Shown in pieces: positions 46,001 through 54,724 of a DNA stretch of 64,000 nucleotides. The translations under genes were made by a program, and so were the position numbers. The DNA is from a virus (taxonomy: Duplodnaviria > Caudoviricetes), in IMG/VR virus record IMGVR_UViG_2795386114_000001, positions 1 through 64,000 of that record; one strand, written 5' to 3'. Every line of letters starts with the position of its first letter. Position 1 is the stretch's first letter. The notes under the pieces were generated by a model that worked only from the letters and a program-made list of their open reading frames with translations, made no database searches and was not told the origin of the DNA.

Positions 46001-48352
46001 GTTCGCTTTGTGCTCTGCGGCGCGGGTGGCTGCCTGCTGCTGGGAGGTGGCCAGCAGGCCGAGGCCGACGGTCAGGCCGGTCAGGGCGAGGCCCCAGGGG
46101 CCGCCCATGGCTCCCATTAGTCCGCCCATGGCGCCGCGCAGCCCGGCGCCGGCGGCGGCGGTGATGCCGCTGATGGCGCCGGCGAGGCGGCCGCCCTGCC
46201 CGGAGGCGGTACGGAAGGCGTCGCCCATGCGGCCGATGACCGGGACCCTGGTCTGGAGGACTGCCATGGCGGCGCCGTAGCGGGACAGGGACTGTCCGGC
46301 GTTGGTGGCCAGGGTCCGCTGGAGGGTCATCTGGTCGTTGAGGGAGCGGAATGCGGTGGTGACGCGGCCGGAGACGGTGCCGGCGAGGGTGGCCATGCGG
46401 GGCTGGATCCGGCCGACGAGGAGCGCGGCAAGGACGAACTGCTGGATCGGGCCGGGCAGGCCGGCGAATGCGGATACCAGGCCGCCGACGATGTGCCCGA
46501 TGGGCACGAGAACGGCGGAGAGCGCACCTGCGGCGGTAGCGGCCAGGTCGAGGACGGTGACGACGAGGTCGAGGGTGGAGGCGACGGTGCCGCTTTCGCC
46601 GGAGAGGTCGCTGAGCGCGGAGACGACCGGTTCGGCGCCGCTGGCGAGGTTCTGGAGGACTTCAACGACGAGCTGGCCGACGGTGAGCAGCAGGTGCAGT
46701 CCGTCGGTGAGGGCTTTCCCGGCGAGGTCTTTGAAGGGTTCGGCCAGGCCGGAGGCGGCGTCGGCGATGCTGGAGAACTGCTCGCGTGCGGCGGCCGCAA
46801 TGTCTGGGCCGAACAGGGTGGCGGCGTCGTTCAGATAGCCGAAGAAGGACTTGATGTGCGGGGTGGCCCTGGACAGTCCGCTGGTGATGCCGCGGACGAG
46901 GAACTCAAGTCCGGGCGCCATGCCCTGGTAGATCGTCAGCCCGGTCTGCTTGGCCTGGGTTTTCAGCTGGAGCATCGCGCCGGCGAGGCCCTTGCCCTTG
47001 GCTGCGGCGATGTCGGAGGCGGCGCCGGTGTCGGACACGGCTTGCATCAGCGCGTCGAAGGAGTCGACGCCCTGGTGGGCCAGGGCGATCGCGCCGGACA
47101 TGGCGGGCTTGCCCATGGCCTTCTTCACGGCGGCCGCGAAGTCCTGCTGGCTCATCTCGTGCTGGGCGTGGGAGAGGCCTTCGATGACGTAGCGCAGGCC
47201 CTTGAAGTTTCCTTGCGCGTCCCAGGCTTGGATGCCCATGGCCTCGAGGCCTTCGGTCATCTGCTTGGTGGGGGCGGCGAGGTTGGCGAACATGCCGCGC
47301 AGGGTGGTTCCGGCGGTCTGTCCGAGGATGCCCGCCTTGCCGAGCATGCCGACCGCGGCTGCGGTTTCCTGCATGCTGACGCCGAGCCCGTTGGCGACGG
47401 GACCGGCGTACTTCATGGCGTAGTAGATGTCGATGATGTCGCCGCTTGCTGCGTTCGCGGTCGCGGCGAGGGTGTCGGCGGCTTGGGATGCCTGGTCGGC
47501 GCCCATGCCGAACTGGTCCATCATGTCGCCGAGGTACTTGGCCGAGTCGGCGGCGTCGACCTGTGCGGCGGAGGCAAGGACGAGGCTGGCGCGGGTGGAT
47601 GAGATGGCCTGGTCGGTTCGGAAGCCGGCCTTGGCGAGTTCCACCATGGACTCGGCTGCGTCGGTGGCGGTCGCCCCGGGCAGGCTGAGGTCGTTGCCGA
47701 GCTGGTCGGCGGTGGCCGCGGCGCGCTGCATCTGCATGGAGGTGGCGCCGGTGACGGCGCCGAACGTGTTCATGGCCTGCTGGTATTCGCCGCCCATTTT
47801 CAGCAGCTCCGCGCCGCCGATGGCGAACGCTCCCCCGGTGAGGAGGGTGGCGAGGTGGGCCATTTCACGGCGGGCGCGGCCGGTCTCGTCGGCGTAGCGG
47901 CGCATGCCGTTGGTGCGGCCGCCGACGCTGTTGAGGCGGGAGTCGGCGCGGCGTGCTGCGTCGGCCAGGCGCAGCAGGTCACGGACGGCGGTGTCGATCT
48001 GACCGGACATGCGGGCCAGCTGCCGACCGGTGGTGCGGGAGTTGTCGCCGAGGCTGTTGACCTGGCGGTTGGCTCGCTGTGCGGCGTCGCCGTACTGGCC
48101 GAGGCGGCGGGCTGCGGTGCGGGCGCCGTCGCCGAGGCTGTTCAGGCGGCGTGCGCTCGTGCGTGCTTCGCTGCCCAGGCTGCGCAGGTGGCGGGCTGCG
48201 CTGTCGGCGGCCTGACCGAGCTCGCGTACTTCCTTCTTCGCTTCCCGGGCAGCGGTGGCCAGGGAGCGGGCGTGTTTCGCGGACGACTTCAGGGACTGGG
48301 CGAGGTCGTTTCCGTGGCCGCGGATGTCGACCGACAGGTTCCAGTTGGCCAC
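43076..48352 (-). CDS. Tail tape measure protein
   Basis: 1758 aa, Ala/Gly-rich helical; TP901-type core (ELAKAG...AGTTLR). Confidence 0.95.
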   Translation of the reverse strand: MANWNLSVDIRGHGNDLAQSLKSSAKHARSLATAAREAKKEVRELGQAADSAARHLRSLGSEARTSARRLNSLGDGARTAARRLGQYGDAAQRANRQVNSLGDNSRTTGRQLARMSGQIDTAVRDLLRLADAARRADSRLNSVGGRTNGMRRYADETGRARREMAHLATLLTGGAFAIGGAELLKMGGEYQQAMNTFGAVTGATSMQMQRAAATADQLGNDLSLPGATATDAAESMVELAKAGFRTDQAISSTRASLVLASAAQVDAADSAKYLGDMMDQFGMGADQASQAADTLAATANAASGDIIDIYYAMKYAGPVANGLGVSMQETAAAVGMLGKAGILGQTAGTTLRGMFANLAAPTKQMTEGLEAMGIQAWDAQGNFKGLRYVIEGLSHAQHEMSQQDFAAAVKKAMGKPAMSGAIALAHQGVDSFDALMQAVSDTGAASDIAAAKGKGLAGAMLQLKTQAKQTGLTIYQGMAPGLEFLVRGITSGLSRATPHIKSFFGYLNDAATLFGPDIAAAAREQFSSIADAASGLAEPFKDLAGKALTDGLHLLLTVGQLVVEVLQNLASGAEPVVSALSDLSGESGTVASTLDLVVTVLDLAATAAGALSAVLVPIGHIVGGLVSAFAGLPGPIQQFVLAALLVGRIQPRMATLAGTVSGRVTTAFRSLNDQMTLQRTLATNAGQSLSRYGAAMAVLQTRVPVIGRMGDAFRTASGQGGRLAGAISGITAAAGAGLRGAMGGLMGAMGGPWGLALTGLTVGLGLLATSQQQAATRAAEHKANIDGLTQAMRQSNGAIDENVRQQAAQTIQNTKLANTGQTLADVMAKQGYSLSDLTDSYLGQGDSVDKLADKMEALAKEQAQAFNETGRGDKDRKAILDKANAYAGAAKALRSMSGDAKTAAKNAKDLDSATKGTGDGVSAYSRLKDAVAALADKTADADSRTRALRDALDLLSGGSVSLQAAQARVNEAITNANEALKEGIDHADGWGKALLNTNGTLNTTTKNGQQLFNTLNTISDGSAQAAIASYDFAQSQGKTLPESLAAARGEMKKSRDAAIDLMTGYGMTEKQAGKVADSLGLIPGQVSILLSTEGVDATLAELLAVQAEFEQFPDKKTITVDALGEQAKRELEDLGYKIQLIPGTREYKITAPTQAARDQLDLLITKLSQTPGGKAVKVDAKTAAAIKDLEAVQGKIRSTNGKTITMRAPTAEARKQLEALGFKIRDVPGSKNVTITIPTGPPTSAVSAIQGAINGMHGKTIGIGIYKTEYLNTVRTGAVDGKKYPGVTPNSRGNVLDFYARGGIRAYAGGGMERGDRPNQHIAQITQAGSYRVWGERETQGEGYVPFRMSARPRSRAITEEIVRRLGGDPRGIQWNADGNVTDWRYDPSTGSLYSASDAGQAGHKTKKVKVKVKGKKTTTKEVEYFDLGAVEKKLKSASKATQAWNKDLEKVADRVGGDVAQALAAMGEDGMKLAHKMATGSTKYINDMSKALRNLQATAKASLTDYTRQLTSANKVNKTFSDNLAKLAAQGYGDLAAQLASQNDEAAQQLAAAAVKDKKKARAANTQAKTANKALTSEQVADLVQIIAAISTSKTGIHDVAAKTGLGEDVIIDVANKAKRQIQSSLGPRSDRFLADLTKANRHMAYADGGIRAGMYATRAGIIRFAEPSTGGEAYLPLSPSKRRTALPVLRDVASRFGVGLTDAQAGRPIVIVRSGDTTQVTVTPVRTGASASDIGFQVGRSVRRARRGGVDARAVA

Positions 48353-48385
48353 CGGCCTGCCCCTCCCTTCCTTGTGTGGTGTCGG

Positions 48386-48766
48386 CTATCGGTTGGTGAG
48401 TTCGTCGGCGATCTGCTGTGCGGCGTAGATGTGGGCGGGCATCAGCAGGACCTTCATGCCGTCTCCGGCTTTGCCTTCGGGGATCTCACGCTGCTTCATG
48501 GCGATCTCCTCGCAGCCCATACACTTGTGGGAGACGGCGATGTAGGCGTCGACGTAGGCGCCGTGGTCGTCGGCCCATTCCGATTCGCGGGTGCCGCACT
48601 GCGGGCACACGCTGCGCTGGTAGACGGCGTAGGCGAGGGCCTTGTCCCGGTCCAGGGCGGTCCAGGTGCCGTCACCGGTTCCGCGGAACAGGCTGTGGGG
48701 GATGCCCCACTGGTGGCACAGGGCCAGCTCGGACCGGAACCGTTCATCGTCGATCAGCCTTTTCCC
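48386..48766 (-). CDS. Tail assembly chaperone, -1 frameshift extension
   Basis: -1 frame after GGGAAAA reads GKRLIDDERFRSELALCHQWGIPHS...CPQCGT...CMGC. Confidence 0.75.
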   Translation of the reverse strand, partial: GKRLIDDERFRSELALCHQWGIPHSLFRGTGDGTWTALDRDKALAYAVYQRSVCPQCGTRESEWADDHGAYVDAYIAVSHKCMGCEEIAMKQREIPEGKAGDGMKVLLMPAHIYAAQQIADELTNR

Positions 48767-49302
48767 AGGTCGGCCCGGGTGGTGTTCTGCACGCTGAACG
48801 CTGCGTTGAACATCGCCCGCGCCTCGGACAGGGACCAGGAGTCGAGGAGTTCCTGCGCTTCGGGTTCGGTCATGCCGTCCACGGAGGCCGCCGCGATGAG
48901 GGCCGCGTAGAAGGTGTCGGCCCACTCCTGGCCCTCGTCGGCGTCGGCTTCCGAGGGCTGGTGCTGCTTGGTCAGCGCCTCGAACGCTTTCCTGGGCAGG
49001 GCCCGGAAACGCAGCGGAATGGCGACCTGGTCGTAGGCGCTCTTCGCCTCGTCGAACTCCACCGACGCCTTCACTGCTTCGGCGGCGGCATCGGTGTCGT
49101 CGGGGTGTTCCTTGACGTAGGCCTGGGACAGTTCGTGGGCGCGCTGGGCGCGCTGGAACCGTGTCCGCACGTCGGGGTCGTCGCAGATCACGAACGTGGT
49201 CTCGGCGAGCTGCCGGTCCCGCAGGCGGGCCATCTTCTGCGCCCAGTGGGCGTCGGCGGCAACCGCCTGGGCGGGCGGCTCGGGCTTCCTGGTGGTGGTC
49301 AT
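48754..49302 (-). CDS. Tail assembly chaperone
   Basis: Between MTP and TMP; ends DLGKG with slippery GGGAAAA at 48760-48766. Confidence 0.8.
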   Translation of the reverse strand: MTTTRKPEPPAQAVAADAHWAQKMARLRDRQLAETTFVICDDPDVRTRFQRAQRAHELSQAYVKEHPDDTDAAAEAVKASVEFDEAKSAYDQVAIPLRFRALPRKAFEALTKQHQPSEADADEGQEWADTFYAALIAAASVDGMTEPEAQELLDSWSLSEARAMFNAAFSVQNTTRADLGKG

Positions 49303-49401
49303 GTGGGGTGTCCTTGGTCAGGGGGGCGGACCTGGCCGGGCGGCAAACGCCCTTCCCGAAGCGTGTACGCCCGGCCAGGAACTGAGGGGACGGTGGGCGG
49401 G

Positions 49402-50202
49402 TCAGCCGCCCGGCGTGGTGGTGGTGACGGTGACGGCCGGGCTGGTGCCGCCCGTCAGGCCCGCTGCGGAGGCCGTCATCTGCGGGACGTCCTCGCCGTC
49501 GTAGGCGCCGCCACCGAAGTTCACGGTGACCGGCGTGCCGGGCAGGGCACCGCCGGCGCAGGTGACGTCGCCGACGGCGATGTTCGACAGCGCCTCCAGT
49601 GCGGACTGCACCGCGGACGCGGCCGCGTTGTAGGCGATCCCGGACGTTGTCTGGCCGGAGAAAGTGAGCGTGAACGTGCCGCCCGTCGGGGATCCGGTGA
49701 TGGTGACCGTCTGAACCTCGTCGGTGCCCGCCGCGGGGACCGGGGCACCCTGAAGGGGGCGGGAGGTGATGGAGCACGTGGCCATGAACTTGGCGGCCTC
49801 GTTGTCGGCGGTGTACTGCGGCGACAGCGACGCCACCCGGATCGGGAAGACGTCCATGCTGTTGTTGGCGGGGACGTCGCCCTTGCGGAGGATGACCACG
49901 TAGCCCGTGGTGCCCTTGGCGAACGTCTGCTCCAGGGTGGCGGTCTCCTCGTCCTCGTAGAACGTGAACGAGGAGGAGTCGGCCTTGTCGGAGCCGGGGA
50001 TGGTGGAGTCGTAGGTGTCCGCCATGTTCGGCGTTTCGATCTCCTGGTTGGTGACCGTCCAACCGTCCATCGCGGCGATGTACTCGGAGAACTCCGTGCC
50101 GGCGTTCAGCTCGGAACGGGTGGGGATCATGTTTTCGGCGGCGATCGTCGGCACGAAGTAGAACTTCGACGTGCCGCGCCGCATGTACTTCTTGACCGGC
50201 AT
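49402..50202 (-). CDS. Major tail protein with C-terminal EVQTVTITG.PTGGTFTL extension
   Basis: FYFVPTIA...PTRSELNAG...; position after neck genes. Confidence 0.88.
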   Translation of the reverse strand: MPVKKYMRRGTSKFYFVPTIAAENMIPTRSELNAGTEFSEYIAAMDGWTVTNQEIETPNMADTYDSTIPGSDKADSSSFTFYEDEETATLEQTFAKGTTGYVVILRKGDVPANNSMDVFPIRVASLSPQYTADNEAAKFMATCSITSRPLQGAPVPAAGTDEVQTVTITGSPTGGTFTLTFSGQTTSGIAYNAAASAVQSALEALSNIAVGDVTCAGGALPGTPVTVNFGGGAYDGEDVPQMTASAAGLTGGTSPAVTVTTTTPGG

Positions 50203-50275
50203 TCGTGGGCCCCTTGGTCCCGGGGCCTCCCGTCTGGTGCGGGCCCGGCCCCTTACACGGTGGTGTATGGGTTCG

Positions 50276-50297
50276 GCCACCTGTTGTGGTGGCGTCC
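50276..50297 (-). promoter_or_regulatory. Leader hairpin GGAC-GCCACC-ACAACA-GGTGGC (copy B)
   Basis: One of three covarying copies; 73 nt before the MTP start. Confidence 0.75.
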
Positions 50298-50340
50298 GCG
50301 GAGGGGTCCCGCCGCGGTGCGGTTGTTCGCCTGACGCGGG

Positions 50341-50790
50341 TCAGGCGCTGTTCACTTGGAAAGCGAACCTGCTGGCACTGCTCATGATTCCATCGGTTGG
50401 GTCGGGTGTTCCCCCCACCTCGATGTCGGGCCGTCTGGCGATGACCCTGATGCCCGGCGGGTTTAGTTCGTGGAGCCATCTGCGGGTGGCCGGGTCACGG
50501 CCGAGGATGACCTCGCGGGCCTTGTCCTCCAGCCACTCCAGCTGGTCCTGGGTGCCGTAGGAGTCGGGGTCGCTGGGGTCGGGCCCGGATACGGCGGTGA
50601 CCTGGTAGACGAGGGTGGCGTCTTCGTTGAGGTCGGTGTAGGGAGCGCCGTCGGTGTTCCGGTCGACCCGCCACAGGATGTAGTAGCTGGCGGGGTTGCC
50701 GTCGGGGCGGCGCCCTTTGCCGACGGGTTTTCCGCTGCCCGCGGCGAGCATGGCGGCCAGCGCGTTCGTGAACACCCGTGTTTTGATCAC
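50341..50790 (-). CDS. Tail terminator/completion protein
   Basis: Position before MTP; YQVTAVS. Confidence 0.65.
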   Translation of the reverse strand: MIKTRVFTNALAAMLAAGSGKPVGKGRRPDGNPASYYILWRVDRNTDGAPYTDLNEDATLVYQVTAVSGPDPSDPDSYGTQDQLEWLEDKAREVILGRDPATRRWLHELNPPGIRVIARRPDIEVGGTPDPTDGIMSSASRFAFQVNSA

Positions 50791-51173
50791 GCGAGGACCT
50801 CCGCGACCGCGAGCCGCATGCTGGCCATCAGCGTCGTCTCGATGAACGGCAGGGCGGGCTGCACGTGGGGGAAGGGCGGCTGGTTGTAGTGGCGGCCCAG
50901 GCTGTCAACGCCTACGAACCCGAACTCGAGGCGGCGCCCTTGGGGGGCGTCGGTGGCCAGGGTGCATATCGCGCCGTAGGGGATGCGGCGGGTGTGGGTT
51001 TGCCAGGAGTTGCGGTAGGCGCCGGTGATGACGTTGGGTCCGGGCCGTCCGGAGGCGTTGCCGCGGATGCGGGCCTGGCCGAGGGTTCCGGCGTGTTCCA
51101 CGCCGCGGGCGATGGCCGGGCCGATGCGGGTGGCTGCGTGCTCGAGCTTGTCGGCGAGTTCGTCGGGGGTCAT
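50787..51173 (-). CDS. HK97 gp10-like neck protein
   Basis: PNVITGAYRNSW...RLEFG...QPPFPHVQPA. Confidence 0.8.
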   Translation of the reverse strand: MTPDELADKLEHAATRIGPAIARGVEHAGTLGQARIRGNASGRPGPNVITGAYRNSWQTHTRRIPYGAICTLATDAPQGRRLEFGFVGVDSLGRHYNQPPFPHVQPALPFIETTLMASMRLAVAEVLA

Positions 51174-51619
51174 GGTGTGCTCCCGCGGGCCTGGTTCTGG
51201 TCCAGGGGGGTGATGCGGACGGCTTCGATGGTGGCGGCCCGGCCGGGGTCCTGGCAGATCCACGACCGGCCGATCAGGGCGGTGTTGGCCGGGTTGTGGA
51301 CCTGCACGACGGTGACGATGGCGTCCTTGGGTGCGAGGGGCGCGGTGAGGGGGGTCAGGAGCCGGAAGCGGGACTTGGTCTCCTGGATCCACGGCTGGAG
51401 GGCGTTGGGGGTGGCTGAGATTTCCGACTGTGCGGTGCCGCCCTGCACGGCCCCTGGCCCTTCGTACAAGACGTCGCCCTGTGGCCGGGTCAGCTCGCCG
51501 GTGTCCTCGTTGAGGATGGGATCGCCGGTGGCGGGCAGTTCGATGCGCACGGTGTCCAGGAGGATGTTCTTGCCGATCCACGCGGCCACCGAGGCGAGCA
51601 CAGCGTCGAGGCCGGCCAT
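51170..51619 (-). CDS. Head closure/completion protein (DUF6093-like)
   Basis: LLDTVRI...TG......VLYEGPGAVQ. Confidence 0.7.
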   Translation of the reverse strand: MAGLDAVLASVAAWIGKNILLDTVRIELPATGDPILNEDTGELTRPQGDVLYEGPGAVQGGTAQSEISATPNALQPWIQETKSRFRLLTPLTAPLAPKDAIVTVVQVHNPANTALIGRSWICQDPGRAATIEAVRITPLDQNQARGSTP

Positions 51620-51999
51620 CAGGTCCTCCCCTGGGCCCAGTCGGCGATCTGCTTCAGGACCGCTTCGGTGATCTCATGCTTCTCGCCGGACAGGTCCGTA
51701 CGGTCGAGGGCGGCGCGCTGCACGGCGGCCGGGTCCAGTCCGAGAACGAAGTCAGCGACCGCCTGCCCCGGATCCTGCGGTGCGGCGACCGCGACGCGTG
51801 CGAGACCTTCCCAGATGACGCCTTCGGGCTGCCGCGTGTGCAGGACCAGCATGGGCAGAGCGTCGGCAATCGAGTGCTCCAGCTGGTAGCCAACGACCTG
51901 ACCCGCAGGAAGGTGGGCGCCGTCGATGCTGATGGCGGCGTGGCCGGGCTGGGCTTCGATGCGGACACCGTGGGCAGTCGGCTCGCTGGGAGTGCTCAT
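51619..51999 (-). CDS. Hypothetical head-module protein
   Basis: Coupled at both ends in the head operon. Confidence 0.6.
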   Translation of the reverse strand: MSTPSEPTAHGVRIEAQPGHAAISIDGAHLPAGQVVGYQLEHSIADALPMLVLHTRQPEGVIWEGLARVAVAAPQDPGQAVADFVLGLDPAAVQRAALDRTDLSGEKHEITEAVLKQIADWAQGRT

Positions 52000-52841
52000 A
52001 TGGGGTCTCCGGATACGAGGCCGCGTCGGTTATTGAGGTCGGGGCGGGGGATCCACTGGCGTATGCAGCCGTGGTGAGCGACGGGGTAGGCGGCTGCGTC
52101 GTCGGCTGAGCGGATGGTGCCGCTGGCGTGGTCGGTGTCCTGATGGGAGACGAATCCGCACTCCGGGCCGTCCACGCACTCAAACCAGGCGGCCTGAAGG
52201 TCCAGCGTGCCGGTGTTGATGGCGCCGTGGTTGGCGGTGACGACGCCCTGGTAGGTGAGCGCGGAGCGCGCCCAGTCCTTCACCGGATGCCGCGCGTTGT
52301 TGCGGTAGACGATCGTGGACAGCGGATGGTCGGCCGCCAGGCGTGCGGAGTCGATGCCAGCATGGTTGCGGCCCAGGGTGACGTCGCGGGCCGCGCTCTG
52401 CGCTGTCCGGGCGAAGGCCTGCGCTCGGCGTACGGTCTCCTGGATGCGGCCGATGAGGTCGGTGTAGAAGGTGGCGGTCAGGGCGGTGATGGCTGCCTGA
52501 TGGTCGGTGGTCCACCGGAAGAGGCTGATGTCGGCTCCGGCCTGCCGGAGGGCGCGCTGGGCGCCGTCGCGGTAGGCGACGGGCAGGTCCTGGGCGGCCC
52601 ATCGTTCGGCCAGGGCGCGGGCGAGGCGGTCGAACTCGCCGACCTGCTGGTTGAAGCTGGCGATGATGAGCCGGATGCGGGTGGTGGCGCCGAATCCGGG
52701 GCGCAGGCGTTCGAGAAGGCGCAGCAGGTTGTCCTGGGCGGTGGCCAGGCGCTGCCAGTGGCGTACGAGTTCCGCGGTCATCACGGCGATGAGGGCGGTG
52801 AGTTCGGCGCGGCCGTTGTCCTGCTGGACGGGGGTGGTCAT
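51996..52841 (-). CDS. Minor capsid / MuF-like protein
   Basis: ECVDGPECG...H...YPVAHHGCIR.W.PRPD (HPxC-like MuF C-terminus). Confidence 0.7.
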   Translation of the reverse strand: MTTPVQQDNGRAELTALIAVMTAELVRHWQRLATAQDNLLRLLERLRPGFGATTRIRLIIASFNQQVGEFDRLARALAERWAAQDLPVAYRDGAQRALRQAGADISLFRWTTDHQAAITALTATFYTDLIGRIQETVRRAQAFARTAQSAARDVTLGRNHAGIDSARLAADHPLSTIVYRNNARHPVKDWARSALTYQGVVTANHGAINTGTLDLQAAWFECVDGPECGFVSHQDTDHASGTIRSADDAAAYPVAHHGCIRQWIPRPDLNNRRGLVSGDPI

Positions 52842-53176
52842 CGGCGGGGCCGTTCAACGAGGTAGAACACGCCGAGCTGGGGGTCGCTGCTTGTGGTGTC
52901 GGCGGGGTCGTCGGGGGCGGGTGAGGCTCCGGCTTCCAGGAGGGCGATCTGCCGTTCGTAGGCCTTGATGTTCTCGACGTAGGACACCGAGACGACGCTG
53001 GAGACGTTGATGGTGGAGGCCTGTGCGCGCAGGTCTGCCAGTCGCTGGTTGAGGACTTCGAGGGCGACGGCGCGTGCGGTGCCGAGGCGGCTGTAGCGGG
53101 CTTCCAGGTCGGCGGTGTTGGTGTCGGTGCCGAGCTGGCCGGTCAGCCAGGCTTGTACTGCCGTGTCCAGGGCCAC
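52838..53176 (-). CDS. Head-tail adaptor
   Basis: Position after the MCP; GGAGGA RBS. Confidence 0.6.
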   Translation of the reverse strand: MALDTAVQAWLTGQLGTDTNTADLEARYSRLGTARAVALEVLNQRLADLRAQASTINVSSVVSVSYVENIKAYERQIALLEAGASPAPDDPADTTSSDPQLGVFYLVERPRR

Positions 53177-53217
53177 GACGTCCTCCCGGGGGCAGGTGGG
53201 TGGGGTGGGAAGAGTGT

Positions 53218-53273
53218 GCGGGGTGCGGGCCCGCCTGTTGGCGCCCCCACCATGGGGCGGGCCCGCACCCTGC
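53218..53273. terminator. Stem-loop after the capsid genes
   Basis: GGGTGCGGGCCCGCC ... GGCGGGCCCGCACCC. Confidence 0.6.
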
Positions 53274-53641
53274 TATTCGCCGCTGGTGCCCTCGCCGGCG
53301 GCGTCCCGGCCCCGAGACCGGCTGGTGGCCGCAGTGGTCTTGCGTGCGGCGGTCTTCTTGGCCGCCGGGGCGGCCGTGTCGGAGTCCCCGGACGGGGGCT
53401 GGTCAGCGTCGCTGGACGAGTCGTCGCCAGAGGCGTCGTCCTGGTCGTCGCCGGTAGGGCCCTGGGCGCTGTCGTTGTCCTGCTTCTTCGGCAGGCGGGG
53501 CAGCTTCCCGTCGACCCAGGCGGCCGGGTTCGTCACCAGTGCCGCCAGGCGCGGCTCGGGGAGCGTCCCTTGCGCCAGTTCGACCGTTTGGTGGGTCTTC
53601 GGATCTCTCACGTACACCGTCGCTGCGAGTTGGGCGCCCAT
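53273..53641 (-). CDS. Hypothetical post-capsid protein
   Basis: LVTNPAAW N-terminal domain plus low-complexity tail. Confidence 0.65.
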   Translation of the reverse strand: MGAQLAATVYVRDPKTHQTVELAQGTLPEPRLAALVTNPAAWVDGKLPRLPKKQDNDSAQGPTGDDQDDASGDDSSSDADQPPSGDSDTAAPAAKKTAARKTTAATSRSRGRDAAGEGTSGE

Positions 53642-53644
53642 GGC

Positions 53645-54709
53645 TTACCACACCGTCGCTGCGATGTGGATGTCCGGCACGTACATGACCGGCAGCGCGG
53701 CCGCCGAGCCCTTCGTCCACACCTGCGGCGGGTCGTCCTGGTAGCCGCGGGTGACGACGATGCCGGGGGCTTCCTCCCGCTCGATGGCGGGGTTGCCGCC
53801 GGAGGAGAGGATGAGGCCGTCGGCGGTCAGGCCGTACTGGGTCTCGGCCCACTGGGTGGGGTTGGGCGGCAGGAGGAAGAACATGTTCTCCGGCAGCGCG
53901 CGGACGTCCGTGCCGTTGTCCAGCTCGATCTTCACGTCGTACGTGGTGATCGGCGGAAGGTTGTAGCGGGACCGGACGACGTTGACTTCGTTGGGAGCGA
54001 GCACCGCGGTGGGGATCGTCGACGCGGAGTTCACCGAGCCGTAGTAGGCGGCGCGGTAGGAGTCGTTGCCCATCATCAGCGCTGCCGTCTTGTACGACGT
54101 CAGAGCGCGGCCGGGAGCCGGGGCACCGGAGGCGCGCAGGACCTCGATCCAGCGCATCTCGTCGCCGAGGATGTCGGCGGTCGGGTCGGTCCAGTTCGTC
54201 GGCGCGGTCGGCCGGTTCGCCGACGGAACCGAGTAGTCGGCCTCCAGGGTCAGGCCGTTCTCGCCGACGAGGGAGAACTTGCCGTCGACGAGGAGGTCAC
54301 CGACGGCCAGCTCGAGGCGCTTCTTGATGGACAGGACGTGCGCGCCGACGTCGTCGTAGACGGCGTTGACGAGGTCGCGGCTGTCCATGCCGCGGTCGAG
54401 GCTTTCGAGGATGGTCTCGAACTCGCCGACGATGTACTTCTGGCCGAGCGGGAGGAGCTTGCCGGAGGTCGCGAACTGCGTGATCTCACGCGTGGCGACC
54501 TTGGTCTGGGCGTCCCATGCGCGGTAGGAGGCGGCGGCGATCCGGCGGCGGGTGCCGCGGGTCTCCCACTTGACGGAGTTGATGGTCCGCTCGGGCATGA
54601 CCGTGCGGGTGAGTTCGTAGTCGGCCGGCGTCTGGACTTCGCGGGCGAAGGCCTGGATTTCGGTCGGGCTGAGGTCGCGGAGCAGGAGCTCCAGCATGTC
54701 GTTCGGCAT
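53645..54709 (-). CDS. Major capsid protein (lambda gpE-like family)
   Basis: 354 aa; KLLPLGQKYIVGE, RLELA, DPPQVWTK.SA.ALP. Confidence 0.92.
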   Translation of the reverse strand: MPNDMLELLLRDLSPTEIQAFAREVQTPADYELTRTVMPERTINSVKWETRGTRRRIAAASYRAWDAQTKVATREITQFATSGKLLPLGQKYIVGEFETILESLDRGMDSRDLVNAVYDDVGAHVLSIKKRLELAVGDLLVDGKFSLVGENGLTLEADYSVPSANRPTAPTNWTDPTADILGDEMRWIEVLRASGAPAPGRALTSYKTAALMMGNDSYRAAYYGSVNSASTIPTAVLAPNEVNVVRSRYNLPPITTYDVKIELDNGTDVRALPENMFFLLPPNPTQWAETQYGLTADGLILSSGGNPAIEREEAPGIVVTRGYQDDPPQVWTKGSAAALPVMYVPDIHIAATVW

Positions 54710-54724
54710 GTCGGTGTCTCCTGA

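Noticed and set aside
42950-46120. 1056-aa plus-strand ORF (and similar long ORFs at 48418-50334, 53153-54724, 56213-58345)
   Set aside because: Antisense shadows of GC3-rich minus-strand structural genes; no motifs or RBS, typical of high-GC DNA.
48767-50479. Upstream part of the 697-aa minus-strand ORF
   Set aside because: Alternative frame over the MTP and chaperone; only the portion after the slippery site looks coding.
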